From Myxococcota bacterium (GTDB lineage Bacteria > Myxococcota_A > UBA796 > SXON01), in contig JAZKFH010000013.1 of the NCBI GenBank assembly GCA_040386535.1, positions 224,577 to 288,576 on the forward strand: a stretch of 64,000 nucleotides of DNA, written 5' to 3'. Position numbers and translations under genes: made by a program. Below, in pieces: positions 9,329-19,973 of this stretch. The notes below the pieces were generated by a model. It was not told the DNA's origin. It saw only the letters and a list, made by a program, of their open reading frames with translations, and did no database searches. Positions within the stretch are counted from its first letter, which is position 1; each line of letters begins with the position of its first letter.

Positions 9329-9718
9329 TCAGTCGTCCAGCGCGCCCGCGTCGATCCACGCCTCGAGCAGCGCGAGCCGCTCGGCGTCGAGGCCGTCGGC
9401 GACCCCGTCCGGCATCGGCTCTCCGACGATCCCAGCCTGCGCGGCGCACTTGTGCACGAGGTAGCTGCTCGCGGCGTCGCCCGCGACGACGAGGATCTGG
9501 CCCGGCGCGGCCGAGCTCTCCACGCCCACGAGATCGGCGTGCGCGGCTCCGTCGGTGAGGTCGAGGTCACCGGAGCCCATGCTGCCGCCGTGGCAGCTGG
9601 AGAACGCGCACGAGGCCGTGAAAATCTCGGACTGCACGCGGGTGAGGGTCGGGGGGGCTTCGGTGCCGGTGTCGGCCTTGTCGGCGCCGGTGCAGGCGAG
9701 GAGGAGGAGGAGCATCAT
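9329..9718 (-). CDS. Small lipoprotein, probable cytochrome c-like with an atypical CX4CH motif
   Basis: MMLLLLLAC; SCAFSSCHGG; GDAASSYLVHK; distal MP; terminal WIDAGA. Confidence 0.65.
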   Translation of the reverse strand: MMLLLLLACTGADKADTGTEAPPTLTRVQSEIFTASCAFSSCHGGSMGSGDLDLTDGAAHADLVGVESSAAPGQILVVAGDAASSYLVHKCAAQAGIVGEPMPDGVADGLDAERLALLEAWIDAGALDD

Positions 9719-10651
9719 TCAGTCCGAGCAGACGACGGGGTTGAGCGAGGGGTAGAGCATGCCGTAGGTCGCGCACATCTCGTTGGGGAACTCGATGGCC
9801 TCGTCGGTGGCGTTGTACCAGTCACAGGTCGTACGCAGGGTCGTGTCCGCGGCGAACGGTTGTTCGCCCGCCTCGAAGTGGGTGAGGGGCGGCGAATCCC
9901 GGTAGCTCGGGTCCCACTCTTCGACCTCGTAGAGGGTCGCCATGGTAGTGCCGTCTCCGAGCTCAAAGCGGAAGCGGTCCCCGTTCTCGTGCATGTGACC
10001 CGTCAGATAGAGCAGGTTGTAGTCGGTCGGGAAGCTGCAATCGAACGTGAGCGTCGAGGCCTGCTGCGGCGGGAGCGAGAGGTCGACCTGGGTGAGGGCG
10101 AACGCCGCGGCCCAGGTCTCGACCTCGGCCACGTCGACGTACCCCATGTTCAGCACGTCCCGGACACGCACATCGTCCGGCGTGCTGTTGAGCCAATGCG
10201 CCTGGACGACCCAGCGCTGACCCTGGTCCAGCTTGACCGCCATCCCGGTCGGGAGGTCGATGAAGGAGCTGCCGGCGCCGGTCGGCTCCGCGTTGATGAG
10301 CGGCTCGAAGCTGGTCATCATGTCGTTCGTCTTCGTGCAGTCGACCACGGTGCCGTCGGGGTAGTCGAGGTCCGACGCCGTCGTCCCGAGCAGGATGAGG
10401 TGGTGGCCGATGTCCGACTGGAACGACTCGTACGTCGAGATGCCGACGTCCGGGCCGTCGTAGGTGCCGAAGAGGCAGTATTGGAGCTCTTCCCCCGGCG
10501 CGAGCACGGCCTCGGGCCCGTACCACTGCTCCCCGCCGGCCGGCGGGGGAGTCACGTCCTCGAACGAGAGGCGCTGGTCTACGGCGTCGGCGCCAGCGGT
10601 TTCGTCGGGGGAGGGCGCGCCGGAGCAGGCGAGCAGGAGCAGCGTGATCAT
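9719..10651 (-). CDS. Copper type II (PHM/DBM-like) monooxygenase lipoprotein
   Basis: ATG 10651 MITLLLLAC; GHHLIL, QAHWLN (CuH set), GHMH and EMC (CuM set). Confidence 0.8.
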   Translation of the reverse strand: MITLLLLACSGAPSPDETAGADAVDQRLSFEDVTPPPAGGEQWYGPEAVLAPGEELQYCLFGTYDGPDVGISTYESFQSDIGHHLILLGTTASDLDYPDGTVVDCTKTNDMMTSFEPLINAEPTGAGSSFIDLPTGMAVKLDQGQRWVVQAHWLNSTPDDVRVRDVLNMGYVDVAEVETWAAAFALTQVDLSLPPQQASTLTFDCSFPTDYNLLYLTGHMHENGDRFRFELGDGTTMATLYEVEEWDPSYRDSPPLTHFEAGEQPFAADTTLRTTCDWYNATDEAIEFPNEMCATYGMLYPSLNPVVCSD

Positions 10652-11124
10652 GGGCGCAACATCCCGAAGTAGATTTCGTTGGCGGTCTCGGCTTCGGCCG
10701 CGATCTGGAACTTGTTCTCGTTCGGCAAGGTGATCGGATCGCCCTCGTCGCACCCGTTGGCGTCCGAGTCGAGGCAGCCGAGGATCCAGACGATTTGGGG
10801 ATCGAGGGGCGTGGTCGTGTAGAGCATGCCCGTCGGCCCGCCGTCCGGGGTCAGATCGAGCGGCACCTCGAGATCGAACAAGGGCAGCGCGCCTTCGACG
10901 GGGCCGGTTGCCGTGGCGTCGTCCTCCCGGAAGCACGACCCGTAGAAGGGGCCGACCGGGGCCTCGCCGCCCTTCGCCATCGTCGCGATGTAGTCGTCAT
11001 CGATCCGAAAGGAGAGCGCGAGGGTTCCCGGGCCCGTGGCGATCGCGGGCGCGGTGTCGCCGGCTGTGTCGTTCCCGGAGGGACCGGTACACGCCAAGAG
11101 GGAGGCAAGGAGGAGCATGAGCAT
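10648..11124 (-). CDS. Hypothetical acidic lipoprotein
   Basis: Lipobox SLLAC; LDSDANGCDEGD EF-hand-like segment; ATGA overlap with the downstream gene. Confidence 0.7.
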   Translation of the reverse strand: MLMLLLASLLACTGPSGNDTAGDTAPAIATGPGTLALSFRIDDDYIATMAKGGEAPVGPFYGSCFREDDATATGPVEGALPLFDLEVPLDLTPDGGPTGMLYTTTPLDPQIVWILGCLDSDANGCDEGDPITLPNENKFQIAAEAETANEIYFGMLRP

Positions 11125-11178
11125 GATCGCGGAGGATGCGCGCCCCGCGCCCAGGCTGTCAATCCTTCACCGGTGCCG

Positions 11179-11847
11179 TCACCGATCCCGCAGCGGATCC
11201 GGCCCCGGGCCCCCGAACAGCGCCTGCTGGCGCAGCGCGTCGATGGTGCCCCACCGGGTGCGGACGAAGACGGGGAGGCGATCCGGCGTGGCGAGGCGCC
11301 GGGAGAGGAAGGCGCGCGTCACAGGGTCGGAGGGGTAGCCGCTGCCGATGGGCCCATGCCCTTCCTCGACGGTGACGAGGCTGATGGCGGTGATGGCGGC
11401 GTCCCGCGCCACCTTCGCGAAGATGCTCGCCGCGCCGACCACGGGCCAGGTGGAGTCGGCCTTGCACTCCACGACCCAGTCCTCGACGCCGCTCAACGCC
11501 ACGAGCCGCGCGCGTAGCTTCGGGATCCCGGCGGGGTGCACCGGGGCGTCCAGGTACACGCGGTCGGGCTTCTCGACGCGCACCAGGTCGAGGAAGGCGT
11601 CCTCTTCGAGGCGGTTCACGTTCCCGTCGTCGATGGCCGGGGCCTCGATCGCCCGGATGACGCCCCGCCCCATCACGGCAAGGCGCGCGCGGATCTCCAC
11701 GCGACGCGCGTGGCTGAGCACCTTGGAGTCGTCCGCGCCCGCGTCGCGCAGCGCCGACTGCTCCTCCGAGTCCCACACGTAGCCGCCCACCACCAACGGC
11801 CCGAGTACCGAGCCGCGGCCTGCCTCGTCGAGCCCCAGGATGCGCAT
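11179..11847 (-). CDS. rnhB: Ribonuclease HII
   Basis: GLDEAGRG, DSK, KAD, AASIFAKV.RD, GSGYPSDP. Confidence 0.95.
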   Translation of the reverse strand: MRILGLDEAGRGSVLGPLVVGGYVWDSEEQSALRDAGADDSKVLSHARRVEIRARLAVMGRGVIRAIEAPAIDDGNVNRLEEDAFLDLVRVEKPDRVYLDAPVHPAGIPKLRARLVALSGVEDWVVECKADSTWPVVGAASIFAKVARDAAITAISLVTVEEGHGPIGSGYPSDPVTRAFLSRRLATPDRLPVFVRTRWGTIDALRQQALFGGPGPDPLRDR

Positions 11848-11954
11848 GCCGTCAGGCTACCACGTGCCTTGGCCCGTCGCCGCCGACGGAGCCCCGGAAG
11901 CCGGTTGACTCCGTACTCGCGCGGGGATACGCGGGCCGGCCCGGGAGGTCTGAG

Positions 11955-12323
11955 GTGGATCCCTACGTCCCCGTGATGGTTTCACTCATCATCGCGATCG
12001 TGTTCAGCCTCGCCTTCGTGGCGATGAGCAAGTTCTTCGGCCCCCAGCGGCCGAACGCAACCAAGGAGTCGCTCTACGAGTGCGGCATGCCCTCGATTGC
12101 GCCCGCTCACCAGCGGTTCAGCATCAAGTTCTACCTGGTCGCGGTGCTGTTCATCCTGTTCGATCTCGAGGCCGTGTTCCTCTTCCCCTGGGCGGTGGTC
12201 TTCAAGGACTTCGTCAAGGCGGGCGGCGGGGTCTTCCTCCTGGTCGAGATGTTCACGTTCCTCGGCGTCCTGTTCCTGGGATGGGTGTACTGCCTCAAGC
12301 GTGGAGCGCTCGAATGGGACTAG
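11955..12323 (+). CDS. nuoA: NADH-quinone oxidoreductase subunit A
   Basis: [24 protein letters not shown]. Confidence 0.97.
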   Translation: MDPYVPVMVSLIIAIVFSLAFVAMSKFFGPQRPNATKESLYECGMPSIAPAHQRFSIKFYLVAVLFILFDLEAVFLFPWAVVFKDFVKAGGGVFLLVEMFTFLGVLFLGWVYCLKRGALEWD

Positions 12324-12793
12324 AATCCAACGTCACCCAGCCGTTCCTCGCGACCCGGCTGGACGAGGTCATCAACTGGGGGCGCAAGTTCTCCATGTGG
12401 CCCATGCCGTTCGGTACGGCGTGCTGCGCGATCGAATTCATGGGCGTCGTGTCGGGCCGCTTCGACATCTCGCGCTTCGGCGCGGAATTGGTGCGGTTCT
12501 CGCCCCGCCAGGCCGATCTGCTCCTGGTGATGGGCACCATCACGCAGAAGCAGGCCCCGGTCCTCAAGCAGATCTACGACCAGATGCCCGATCCGAAGTG
12601 GGTCATCTCGATGGGGGCATGCGCCAGCTCGGGCGGCTTCTACGACAACTACTCCGTGGTCCAGGGGATCGACGAGATCATCCCGGTCGACGTGTACGTG
12701 GCCGGCTGCCCCCCGCGGCCCGAGAACGTGCTCGGCGCCGTCGTGAAGATCATGGAGAAGATCTCCGCCGAAAAAGCCGCCGACTGGCGCTGA
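12314..12793 (+). CDS. nuoB: NADH-quinone oxidoreductase subunit B
   Basis: ATG 12314; [25 protein letters not shown]. Confidence 0.97.
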   Translation: MGLESNVTQPFLATRLDEVINWGRKFSMWPMPFGTACCAIEFMGVVSGRFDISRFGAELVRFSPRQADLLLVMGTITQKQAPVLKQIYDQMPDPKWVISMGACASSGGFYDNYSVVQGIDEIIPVDVYVAGCPPRPENVLGAVVKIMEKISAEKAADWR

Positions 12794-12806
12794 AGGGGAG
12801 GGAACA

Positions 12807-13337
12807 GTGAACGAGTCCGACATTCTCGCCCAGATCAAGGAGCGCTTCGGCGCGCGCGTTCTGGCGGAGTACAACTTCCGCGGCCAATACGCCGTGACCG
12901 TGGCCCCCGAGACGCTCCGCGAGCTCCTGGTCTACCTTCGCGACGACAAGGCCACCGACTTCGAGTGGCTGATGGACATCGGCGGGGTTGACTACCTCGG
13001 CTATGGCGACGAGGACGAGCGCGAATGGCGCTTCGAGGTCGCCTACCAGCTCTACAGCATGCGGCTGAACCACCGCTTCCGCGTGAAGGTGGCCGTGCGC
13101 GACGAGACGGTCGAGGTGCCCTCCGTGTGGGACCTCTGGGCGATCGCCAACTGGGAGGAGCGCGAGGTGTGGGACATGTTCGGGATCCGGTTCACCGGGC
13201 ACCCGAACCTGCGCCGCATCCTCTGCCACGACGAGTTCGTCGGGCACGCGCTCCGCAAGGACTACCCCATCAACAAGCGGCAGAAGCTGTCGCAGCCTTC
13301 CGAGCTGGTCCTCTGCGAGAAGGTGGAGTGGGCATGA
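12807..13337 (+). CDS. nuoC: NADH-quinone oxidoreductase subunit C
   Basis: ANWEEREVWDMFGI, GHPNLRRIL, LRKDYP. Confidence 0.97.
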   Translation: MNESDILAQIKERFGARVLAEYNFRGQYAVTVAPETLRELLVYLRDDKATDFEWLMDIGGVDYLGYGDEDEREWRFEVAYQLYSMRLNHRFRVKVAVRDETVEVPSVWDLWAIANWEEREVWDMFGIRFTGHPNLRRILCHDEFVGHALRKDYPINKRQKLSQPSELVLCEKVEWA

Positions 13338-14542
13338 CGCGCTCTGAACAAGATGGGACGCACGTCCAGCCGATCCCGACCGAGCTGCTGACGATCAACG
13401 TCGGCCCGGCGCACCCGGCCACCCACGGCGTCCTCCGCCTCCAGCTCCAGCTGGACGGCGAGACCATCGTGAACTGCGGCGCCGAGATCGGGTACCTGCA
13501 CCGCGGGTACGAGAAGCAGGCCGAGAACACCTTCTACCAACTGGTGATCCCGTACGCCGAGCGCCTCAACTACATGGGGCCGGTCAACAACTCGAACGCG
13601 TGGTGCCACGCGTGTGAGCAGCTCCTCGGCATCGACATCCCCGCGCGCGCGCAGGCGCTGCGTGTCATCACGAGCGAGATGGGGCGCATCATCGACCACG
13701 CGGTCTGCATGGGGACCAACCTCGTCGACCTCGGGGCCCTGACCAACTTCTGGTACATGTACAACTACCGGGAGAAGATCTACGACCTCTACGAGGAGCT
13801 CACGGGCGCCCGGATGATGGTCAACTACCCGCGCATCGGCGGCGTCTCGATGGACGCGCCGGACGGGTGGTTCGACAGCCTGCTCAAGGTCGTCGGGGAG
13901 ATGGAGGAGGCGGTGGGAGAGGTGCGTGCCCTCATCACCAAGAACCGCATCTTCATGGACCGTACCCAGGGCGTCGGGGTCATCACCAAGGAGCTGGCGG
14001 TCCAGCACTCGGTGACCGGGCCGTGCCTGCGCGCCGCCGGCATCCCCTACGACGTGCGCAAGACCCAGCCCTACTGGGGCTACGAGAAGTACCAGTTCGA
14101 CATCCCGACCGGCGAGAACGGCGACACGTACGACCGCTTCATGGTCCGGTTCGCGGAGATGGAGCAGAGCGTCCGCATCATCCAGCAGGCGGTCGCGAGC
14201 ATCGCGGGCGGGCCTGTCATGGTCGAGGACCACCTCGTGGCGCTCCCCGCCAAGGACAAGGTCTACAACACGATGGAAGGGCTGATCAACCACTTCAAGT
14301 TGATCATGCACGGCATCCGTCCGCCCAGGGGCGAACTCTACTCGGCGACCGAAGGTGGCAACGGCGAGCTCGGGTTCTACATCGTGTCGGACGGCAGCCC
14401 CAGCGCGTTCCGGGTGCGCATCCGTCCGCCGTGTTTCGCCAACTACTCGTTGTTCCCGAAGATCATCACCGGCGGCATGGTCGCCGACGCGATCGCCGCC
14501 CTCGGCTCGATCAACATCATCGCTGGGGAGCTCGACCGATGA
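13334..14542 (+). CDS. nuoD: NADH-quinone oxidoreductase subunit D
   Basis: [22 protein letters not shown], terminal GELDR. Confidence 0.97.
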   Translation: MTRSEQDGTHVQPIPTELLTINVGPAHPATHGVLRLQLQLDGETIVNCGAEIGYLHRGYEKQAENTFYQLVIPYAERLNYMGPVNNSNAWCHACEQLLGIDIPARAQALRVITSEMGRIIDHAVCMGTNLVDLGALTNFWYMYNYREKIYDLYEELTGARMMVNYPRIGGVSMDAPDGWFDSLLKVVGEMEEAVGEVRALITKNRIFMDRTQGVGVITKELAVQHSVTGPCLRAAGIPYDVRKTQPYWGYEKYQFDIPTGENGDTYDRFMVRFAEMEQSVRIIQQAVASIAGGPVMVEDHLVALPAKDKVYNTMEGLINHFKLIMHGIRPPRGELYSATEGGNGELGFYIVSDGSPSAFRVRIRPPCFANYSLFPKIITGGMVADAIAALGSINIIAGELDR

Positions 14543-15108
14543 GCCACGTGGCCGCCCCCGTCGCCTCGCGCGGACCCCGCGAGTGGAACCAGGAACAGCT
14601 GGCGAAGATCCAGGTGATCCTCGCCAAGTATCCGACCAAGAAGAGCGCGATCATGCCCGTGCTCTGGCTGGCGCAGGACGACTTCGGTTGGTTGGACCTC
14701 GACGTGATGCGGCTCGTCGCCCGCACGTTGGAGATCCCGCCGAGCCACGTGCACGCGGTCGCCAGCTTCTACACGATGTTCAAGAAGGTCCCGACCGGCC
14801 GCTACGTGATCGACGTGTGCCAGACCCTGTCCTGCGCCCTCGTCGGCGCGGACGGGATCATCGCCCACCTCGAGCGCATCCTCGAGCCGGACGCGTACGG
14901 CAACAGCAAGGACGGCCTGTTCACGCTCCACAAGGTCGAGTGTCTCGCGTCGTGCGGCTCCGCCCCGATGATGCAGATCAACGACCACTTCTACGAGTTC
15001 CTGACCCCCGAGTCGGTCGACCAGATCGTCTCCGGTCTGCGCAGTGGCAACCCGCTTCCTACGCCTCGTCCCGAGGCCAACGAGTGGCAATGGGCCCCAA
15101 GATCCTGA
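14539..15108 (+). CDS. nuoE: NADH-quinone oxidoreductase subunit E
   Basis: [20 protein letters not shown] (2Fe-2S). Confidence 0.95.
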   Translation: MSHVAAPVASRGPREWNQEQLAKIQVILAKYPTKKSAIMPVLWLAQDDFGWLDLDVMRLVARTLEIPPSHVHAVASFYTMFKKVPTGRYVIDVCQTLSCALVGADGIIAHLERILEPDAYGNSKDGLFTLHKVECLASCGSAPMMQINDHFYEFLTPESVDQIVSGLRSGNPLPTPRPEANEWQWAPRS

Positions 15109-16403
15109 GCGTGAACTGGGACGTTCCCGGTTCACACACCCTCGAAGTCGCACGCAGCCGCGGGACCTACTCCCGGCTGCCGAAGGCGTTCGCGCTGAAG
15201 CCCGCCGACATCACGCAGGTCGTGAAGGACTCCGGTCTCCGCGGGCGCGGCGGCGCGGGCTTTCCCACCGGCATGAAGTGGAGCTTCGTCCCGAGCAAGG
15301 AGAAGCGCGGCGACAAGCCCGTGTACCTCCTGTGCAACGCGGACGAGTCCGAGCCCGGCACGTTCAAGGATCGCTACTGCATGTGGCTCGATCCGCACCT
15401 GCTGATCGAGGGGATGATCATCGCGGCGTGGGCGCTCGACTGCCACACCGCCTACATCTACATCCGTGGCGAGTTCCGCTTCATCCAGGAGCGGCTGGAC
15501 GAGGCCGTCGCCGAGGCCTACGCGGCCGGCCTCCTCGGGAAGAACATCCTCGGCAGCGGCTTCGACTTCGATCTGCACGTGCACCTCGGGGCCGGCGCCT
15601 ACATCTGCGGCGAGGAGACGGCGCTCATCTCCTCCCTCGAAGGGGAGAAGGGCCAGCCCAAGCTGAAGCCGCCGTTCCCGGCGGTGGAGGGCGCGTGGCG
15701 CGCTCCCACGGTCGTGAACAACGTCGAGACCCTGGCCGCCGTGCCGTGGATCCTCGAGAACGGCGCCGCCGCCTACAAGGCGCTCGGCACCGAGAAGGCC
15801 CCGGGCACCAAGCTCTTCTCCGTGTCCGGGCACGTCAACAAGCCCGGCGTCTACGAGATCCCGATGGGGATGCCGATGCGGCAGTTCCTCGACGAGGTCT
15901 GCGGGGGCGTGAAGGGCGGCAAGAAGCTCAAGGCCATCATCCCGGGCGGCTCGTCCGTGCCGGTGATGACCGCCGCCGAGGTCGACCTGTGCTCGATGGA
16001 CTACGAGTCCATCAACCAGAACGCCGGCTCCTACCTCGGCTCCGGTGGCTTCATCGTCATGGACGAGACCACCGACATGGTCGCGGCGCTGACCAACCTG
16101 TTGCGCTTCTACGCCCACGAGAGCTGCGGCCAGTGCACGCCCTGCCGTGAAGGCTGCGGGTGGATGTACCAGATCCTCTGCCGCGTGCGCGACGGCTACG
16201 CGACGCCCGAGGATCTCGGCACGCTCCGCGATCTCGCCGACAACATCCACAGCAAGACCATCTGCTTCTTCGGTGCCAGCGCCGCGATGCCGGTCCAGAG
16301 CTTCCTCACCAAGTTCCGCGACGAGTTCCTGCAGCGGGTCCAACGACCCGCGGCGGCGGTGACCGTCGTGGCGAGCACGTCCCTCGCGGCCGGCGGAGCG
16401 TAG
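15090..16403 (+). CDS. nuoF: NADH-quinone oxidoreductase subunit F
   Basis: [42 protein letters not shown]. Confidence 0.97.
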   Translation: MGPKILSVNWDVPGSHTLEVARSRGTYSRLPKAFALKPADITQVVKDSGLRGRGGAGFPTGMKWSFVPSKEKRGDKPVYLLCNADESEPGTFKDRYCMWLDPHLLIEGMIIAAWALDCHTAYIYIRGEFRFIQERLDEAVAEAYAAGLLGKNILGSGFDFDLHVHLGAGAYICGEETALISSLEGEKGQPKLKPPFPAVEGAWRAPTVVNNVETLAAVPWILENGAAAYKALGTEKAPGTKLFSVSGHVNKPGVYEIPMGMPMRQFLDEVCGGVKGGKKLKAIIPGGSSVPVMTAAEVDLCSMDYESINQNAGSYLGSGGFIVMDETTDMVAALTNLLRFYAHESCGQCTPCREGCGWMYQILCRVRDGYATPEDLGTLRDLADNIHSKTICFFGASAAMPVQSFLTKFRDEFLQRVQRPAAAVTVVASTSLAAGGA

Positions 16404-16406
16404 GTC

Positions 16407-17996
16407 ATGGCAAAGGTCAAGATCAACGACACCGAGATCGAGGTCCCGAACGGCCTCAACATGATCGAGGCGGCCAAGCTCGTGGGCGAGGAGATCCCCC
16501 ACTACTGCTACCACCCGCACCTCTCGATCGCGGGCAACTGCCGCATGTGCCTGGTCGAGACGACCACGCCGCGCGGCCCCGTGCTCGAGATCGCCTGCAA
16601 CATGCAGGCGCGCGACGGCCTCGCCATCCGTACCGACACCGCCACCGTCAAGCACATGCGCAAGTCGGTGATGGAGTTCCTGCTCGTCAACCACCCGCTG
16701 GACTGTCCGATTTGTGACCAGTCGGGCGAGTGCCGGTTGCAGGACTACTACATGGATCACGGGCAGTACGACTCCCGTGGCCTGGATCCCAAGGTCGGCA
16801 AGAACAAGCGCCAGGACATCGGGGATCTCATCGTCCTCGACGCCGAGCGTTGCGTGCAGTGCAGCCGCTGCGAGCGCTTCGGGGACGAGGTGACCGGCAC
16901 CGGCGAGCTCCGGCTCATGAACCGTGGCGATCACACCGAGATCGGCATGTTCCCCGGGGACCGGCTCTCCCACAATTACCAGGGCAACCTCGCGGACATC
17001 TGCCCCGTGGGCGCGCTCACGAACAAGGACTTCCGGTTCCAGCGCCGCGTCTGGTACCTGAAGGAGACCGCGAGCGTCTGTACCGGGTGCGCGACCGGCT
17101 GCAACATCCAGGTGTGTCACCAGGAGGGGGAGGTGTTTCGTTACCTCCCGCGCCGCAACGACCAGGTCAACAAGTCCTGGATCTGTGACATGGGGCGGCT
17201 CTCGTACTCCGAGGTTGCGGGCCTCAAGCGCATCCTCAAGGCGACGGTCGACGGCAAGACCGTCGAGCCCGAGGTGGCCACGACCGAGCTCGCGAAGCGC
17301 ATCCGCGCCGTGGGCGCCGGCAAGGTCGGGTTCGTGCTCGGTACCCGCTCGACCAACGAGGCGAACTGGGCCCTGCTCCAGACCGTCCGCGCGAACGTGC
17401 CCGGCGCCCGCGTCTTCGTGGTCGAAGGGAACGACGGCGGCGAGCTCGCCCAAGGGGACAACCTCCTCCTCTCGGCGGACCGCAACCCCAACACCGCGGG
17501 CGCACGGCTCCTCGCGCGGCACGACGGCAACGTCGGCGATCGCACGGCGCTCCTCGTGGCGATCCCCGACCTCGAGCTCCTCGTGGTGCTCGAGGACGAC
17601 GTGGTCGGCCGGCTCGGCGCGAAGCTCCCGCCCCTCGCGTTCTTCGGCGTGTTCAAGAACGCCACGTCCGCGGCGGCCGCCATCGTGGTGCCGACCGCCC
17701 ACACCGTCGAGCAGGACGGCAGCTACGTCAACCGCCAGGACCGCGTGCAGCGCGTGCGCCGCGCGGTGAACCCCGTCGGCGAGTCCGCTCCCGCCTACGT
17801 CGCGGTGGATCGCCTCGGCGCCCGCCTCGGCAAGGCCCCGGGCACGCAGATGGTGGCGGCGGCGTTCAACGGGATGGCGAAGGCCGTTGCCCGGATGAGC
17901 GGGATCGACTTCAAGGGGCTGGGCGCGGAGGGCCGCTTGTTGACGCCCGACGCCACGCCCGCCGCCGATCTCGTTGAGGAGGCAACCCAACAATGA
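16407..17996 (+). CDS. nuoG: NADH-quinone oxidoreductase subunit G (short form, 529 aa)
   Basis: CYH..GNCRMC, HPLDCPICDQSGEC, CVQCSRC, CPVGAL, CTGCATGC (N7-type cluster). Confidence 0.93.
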   Translation: MAKVKINDTEIEVPNGLNMIEAAKLVGEEIPHYCYHPHLSIAGNCRMCLVETTTPRGPVLEIACNMQARDGLAIRTDTATVKHMRKSVMEFLLVNHPLDCPICDQSGECRLQDYYMDHGQYDSRGLDPKVGKNKRQDIGDLIVLDAERCVQCSRCERFGDEVTGTGELRLMNRGDHTEIGMFPGDRLSHNYQGNLADICPVGALTNKDFRFQRRVWYLKETASVCTGCATGCNIQVCHQEGEVFRYLPRRNDQVNKSWICDMGRLSYSEVAGLKRILKATVDGKTVEPEVATTELAKRIRAVGAGKVGFVLGTRSTNEANWALLQTVRANVPGARVFVVEGNDGGELAQGDNLLLSADRNPNTAGARLLARHDGNVGDRTALLVAIPDLELLVVLEDDVVGRLGAKLPPLAFFGVFKNATSAAAAIVVPTAHTVEQDGSYVNRQDRVQRVRRAVNPVGESAPAYVAVDRLGARLGKAPGTQMVAAAFNGMAKAVARMSGIDFKGLGAEGRLLTPDATPAADLVEEATQQ

Positions 17997-19303
17997 CCTT
18001 CGAGGCTGCCCTCCCGTTCCTCATCGTCCTGGCGAAGTGTGTCTTCGCCGTGGCGTTTGTCATGCAGATCGTGCCGCTCCTCATCTGGGGGGAGCGCAAG
18101 GGCGCGGCGTACATCCAGGACCGCCCGGGTCCCAACCGCGCCGACATCATGGGCATCCGCGCAGGTGGCCTGGTCCATACGCTCAACGACGTCGTCAAGC
18201 TGGTGATGAAGGAAGACATCATCCCCCAGCACGTCGAGAAATTCTATTGGGCGTTGGCGCCGGTCATCGCGATGACAATCGCGTTGGTGACGTTCATCGT
18301 CGTGCCTTTCGGTGACACGTTCATGGGCGAGCCCCTGAAGGTGTCCGACATCGACGGTGGCCTGCTCTTCGTCCTCGCGATGACGAGCCTCGGCGTCTAC
18401 GGGATCATGCTCGCCGGCTGGTCGAGCAACAACAAGTTCAGCCTCCTCGGCGGCCTCCGCGCCAGCGCGCAGATGGTCAGCTACGAGCTGGCGATGGGCC
18501 TCTCCGCCGTGGTGATCTTCCTCGGCGCGGGCTCGGTTTCGCTCTCGGTCATCGCCGAGCAACAGGCCGGCGCGATCTGGAATTGGAACGTCTTCAGCAT
18601 CCCCGGCGTCATCGCGTTCATCCTGTTCTGGGTGGCGGCGTTCGCGGAGACCAACCGCACCCCGTTCGACCTCCCGGAAGGGGAGGCCGAGCTCGTCGGC
18701 GGGTACCACACCGAGTACAGCTCGCTGCGCTTCGCCCTGTTCTTCATGGCCGAGTACGCGAACATGATCGTGGCGTCGGCCGTGACTGCCACGTTGTTCT
18801 TCGGCGGGTACAACGTCCCGTTCCTCTCGGGCGAGACCATCCGCGCCAACGCCGACATGCTCGTGGCGCTGTTCGGCTTCGCGGCGGTACCCGCTCTGAT
18901 CCTCTTCGCGGTGCTCGCCTGGCGCCGCCGCAACCGCCCGTTCTACCGGGTGCTGGCCGCCAATGACATTCGTCACCGGGAGCCCAAGTTCTGGCTGGCG
19001 GTGTGGTCCGGCCTGGCGGTCGCTCACCTCGGGCTCGGCGTGCTCGGCCTGTCCGGGCTGATCGGCTCCGCCGGTCCCGCCGCGCTCGGCCCCGACGTGG
19101 TGGCCTTCGTGCTCCAGCTCACCGCCCTCGTCCTCAAGGTGCTGATCGGCTGCTGGATCATGATCTGGGTCCGCTGGACCGTTCCCCGTTTCCGCTACGA
19201 CCAGCTCATGAACCTCGGGTGGCGCGTCATGCTGCCCGTGGCGCTGGTCAACGTGTTCTTCGCGGCGGTCTGGATCGTCATCAAAGAGTCCTATTTCGCC
19301 TGA
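17993..19303 (+). CDS. nuoH: NADH-quinone oxidoreductase subunit H (with a C-terminal insertion)
   Basis: ERK..A.IQDRPGPN, AETNRTPFDLPEGE, PRFRYDQLM. Confidence 0.97.
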   Translation: MTFEAALPFLIVLAKCVFAVAFVMQIVPLLIWGERKGAAYIQDRPGPNRADIMGIRAGGLVHTLNDVVKLVMKEDIIPQHVEKFYWALAPVIAMTIALVTFIVVPFGDTFMGEPLKVSDIDGGLLFVLAMTSLGVYGIMLAGWSSNNKFSLLGGLRASAQMVSYELAMGLSAVVIFLGAGSVSLSVIAEQQAGAIWNWNVFSIPGVIAFILFWVAAFAETNRTPFDLPEGEAELVGGYHTEYSSLRFALFFMAEYANMIVASAVTATLFFGGYNVPFLSGETIRANADMLVALFGFAAVPALILFAVLAWRRRNRPFYRVLAANDIRHREPKFWLAVWSGLAVAHLGLGVLGLSGLIGSAGPAALGPDVVAFVLQLTALVLKVLIGCWIMIWVRWTVPRFRYDQLMNLGWRVMLPVALVNVFFAAVWIVIKESYFA

Positions 19304-19313
19304 GAGGTCCTCG

Positions 19314-19880
19314 ATGCCGCTCCCCGCGCCACGCAAGAAGCTCTCGACGCCCGAGTCGGTCTACCTCGTCGAGGTGATCAAGGGCATGTTCCTGACGATG
19401 TCCCATGTCATCAAGAACATCCTCGATCAGGACCGCTTTCGCACCATCGAGTACCCCGACGTCCGCAAGCCGATGGCCGCCCGCTACCGTGGCGCCCACC
19501 GCCTCACCACCCGTCCCGACGGCAAGGTGAAGTGCGTGGCGTGCATGTGCTGCCCGACCATCTGCCCGGCGAAGTGCATCACCATCATCGCCGGGGAGGC
19601 CGCGGACGATCCCGCGGAGAAGTTCCCCGTCGAGTTCGACATCGACATGCTGCGCTGCATCTTCTGCGGCTTCTGTGTCGAGGCCTGCCCGAAGGACGCC
19701 ATCCGGATGGACACGAAGATCTACGAGATCAACGCGTTCACCCGGCAGGACATGGTCCACAACAAGTCGTACATGATCAACCTGATGGACGGCGTGAAGC
19801 CCCAGGCGGAGGACGTCTACCGGGCGCATCCCGAGCAGGCGCCCGCTGGCTACACGTTCGATGAGAAGCCGGTCGTCTAG
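19314..19880 (+). CDS. nuoI: NADH-quinone oxidoreductase subunit I
   Basis: [12 protein letters not shown] and [12 protein letters not shown]. Confidence 0.97.
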   Translation: MPLPAPRKKLSTPESVYLVEVIKGMFLTMSHVIKNILDQDRFRTIEYPDVRKPMAARYRGAHRLTTRPDGKVKCVACMCCPTICPAKCITIIAGEAADDPAEKFPVEFDIDMLRCIFCGFCVEACPKDAIRMDTKIYEINAFTRQDMVHNKSYMINLMDGVKPQAEDVYRAHPEQAPAGYTFDEKPVV

Positions 19881-19906
19881 CCGGTCCGCGTCCCCTCTTG
19901 CGTGCG

Positions 19907-19935
19907 TTGACAGCGCCTCCCCGGCGTCGTAAACC
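19907..19935 (+). promoter_or_regulatory. Putative sigma70-type internal promoter upstream of nuoJ
   Basis: TTGACA (19907-19912), 17-bp spacer, TAAACC (19930-19935) in the 93-bp nuoI-nuoJ gap. Confidence 0.55.
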
Positions 19936-19973
19936 GCGCACCCCACCGCCCATCCCCCTCCACCGGGCAGCCG

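Noticed and set aside
8481..11847. Retroelement or defence system suggested by two RNase H genes
   Set aside because: Both are ordinary housekeeping RNase HI and HII; no reverse transcriptase, integrase or ncRNA nearby
11905..11933. Promoter for nuoA (TTGACT, 17 bp, TACGCG)
   Set aside because: The -10 element is too weak to list as a supported feature, although the position is plausible
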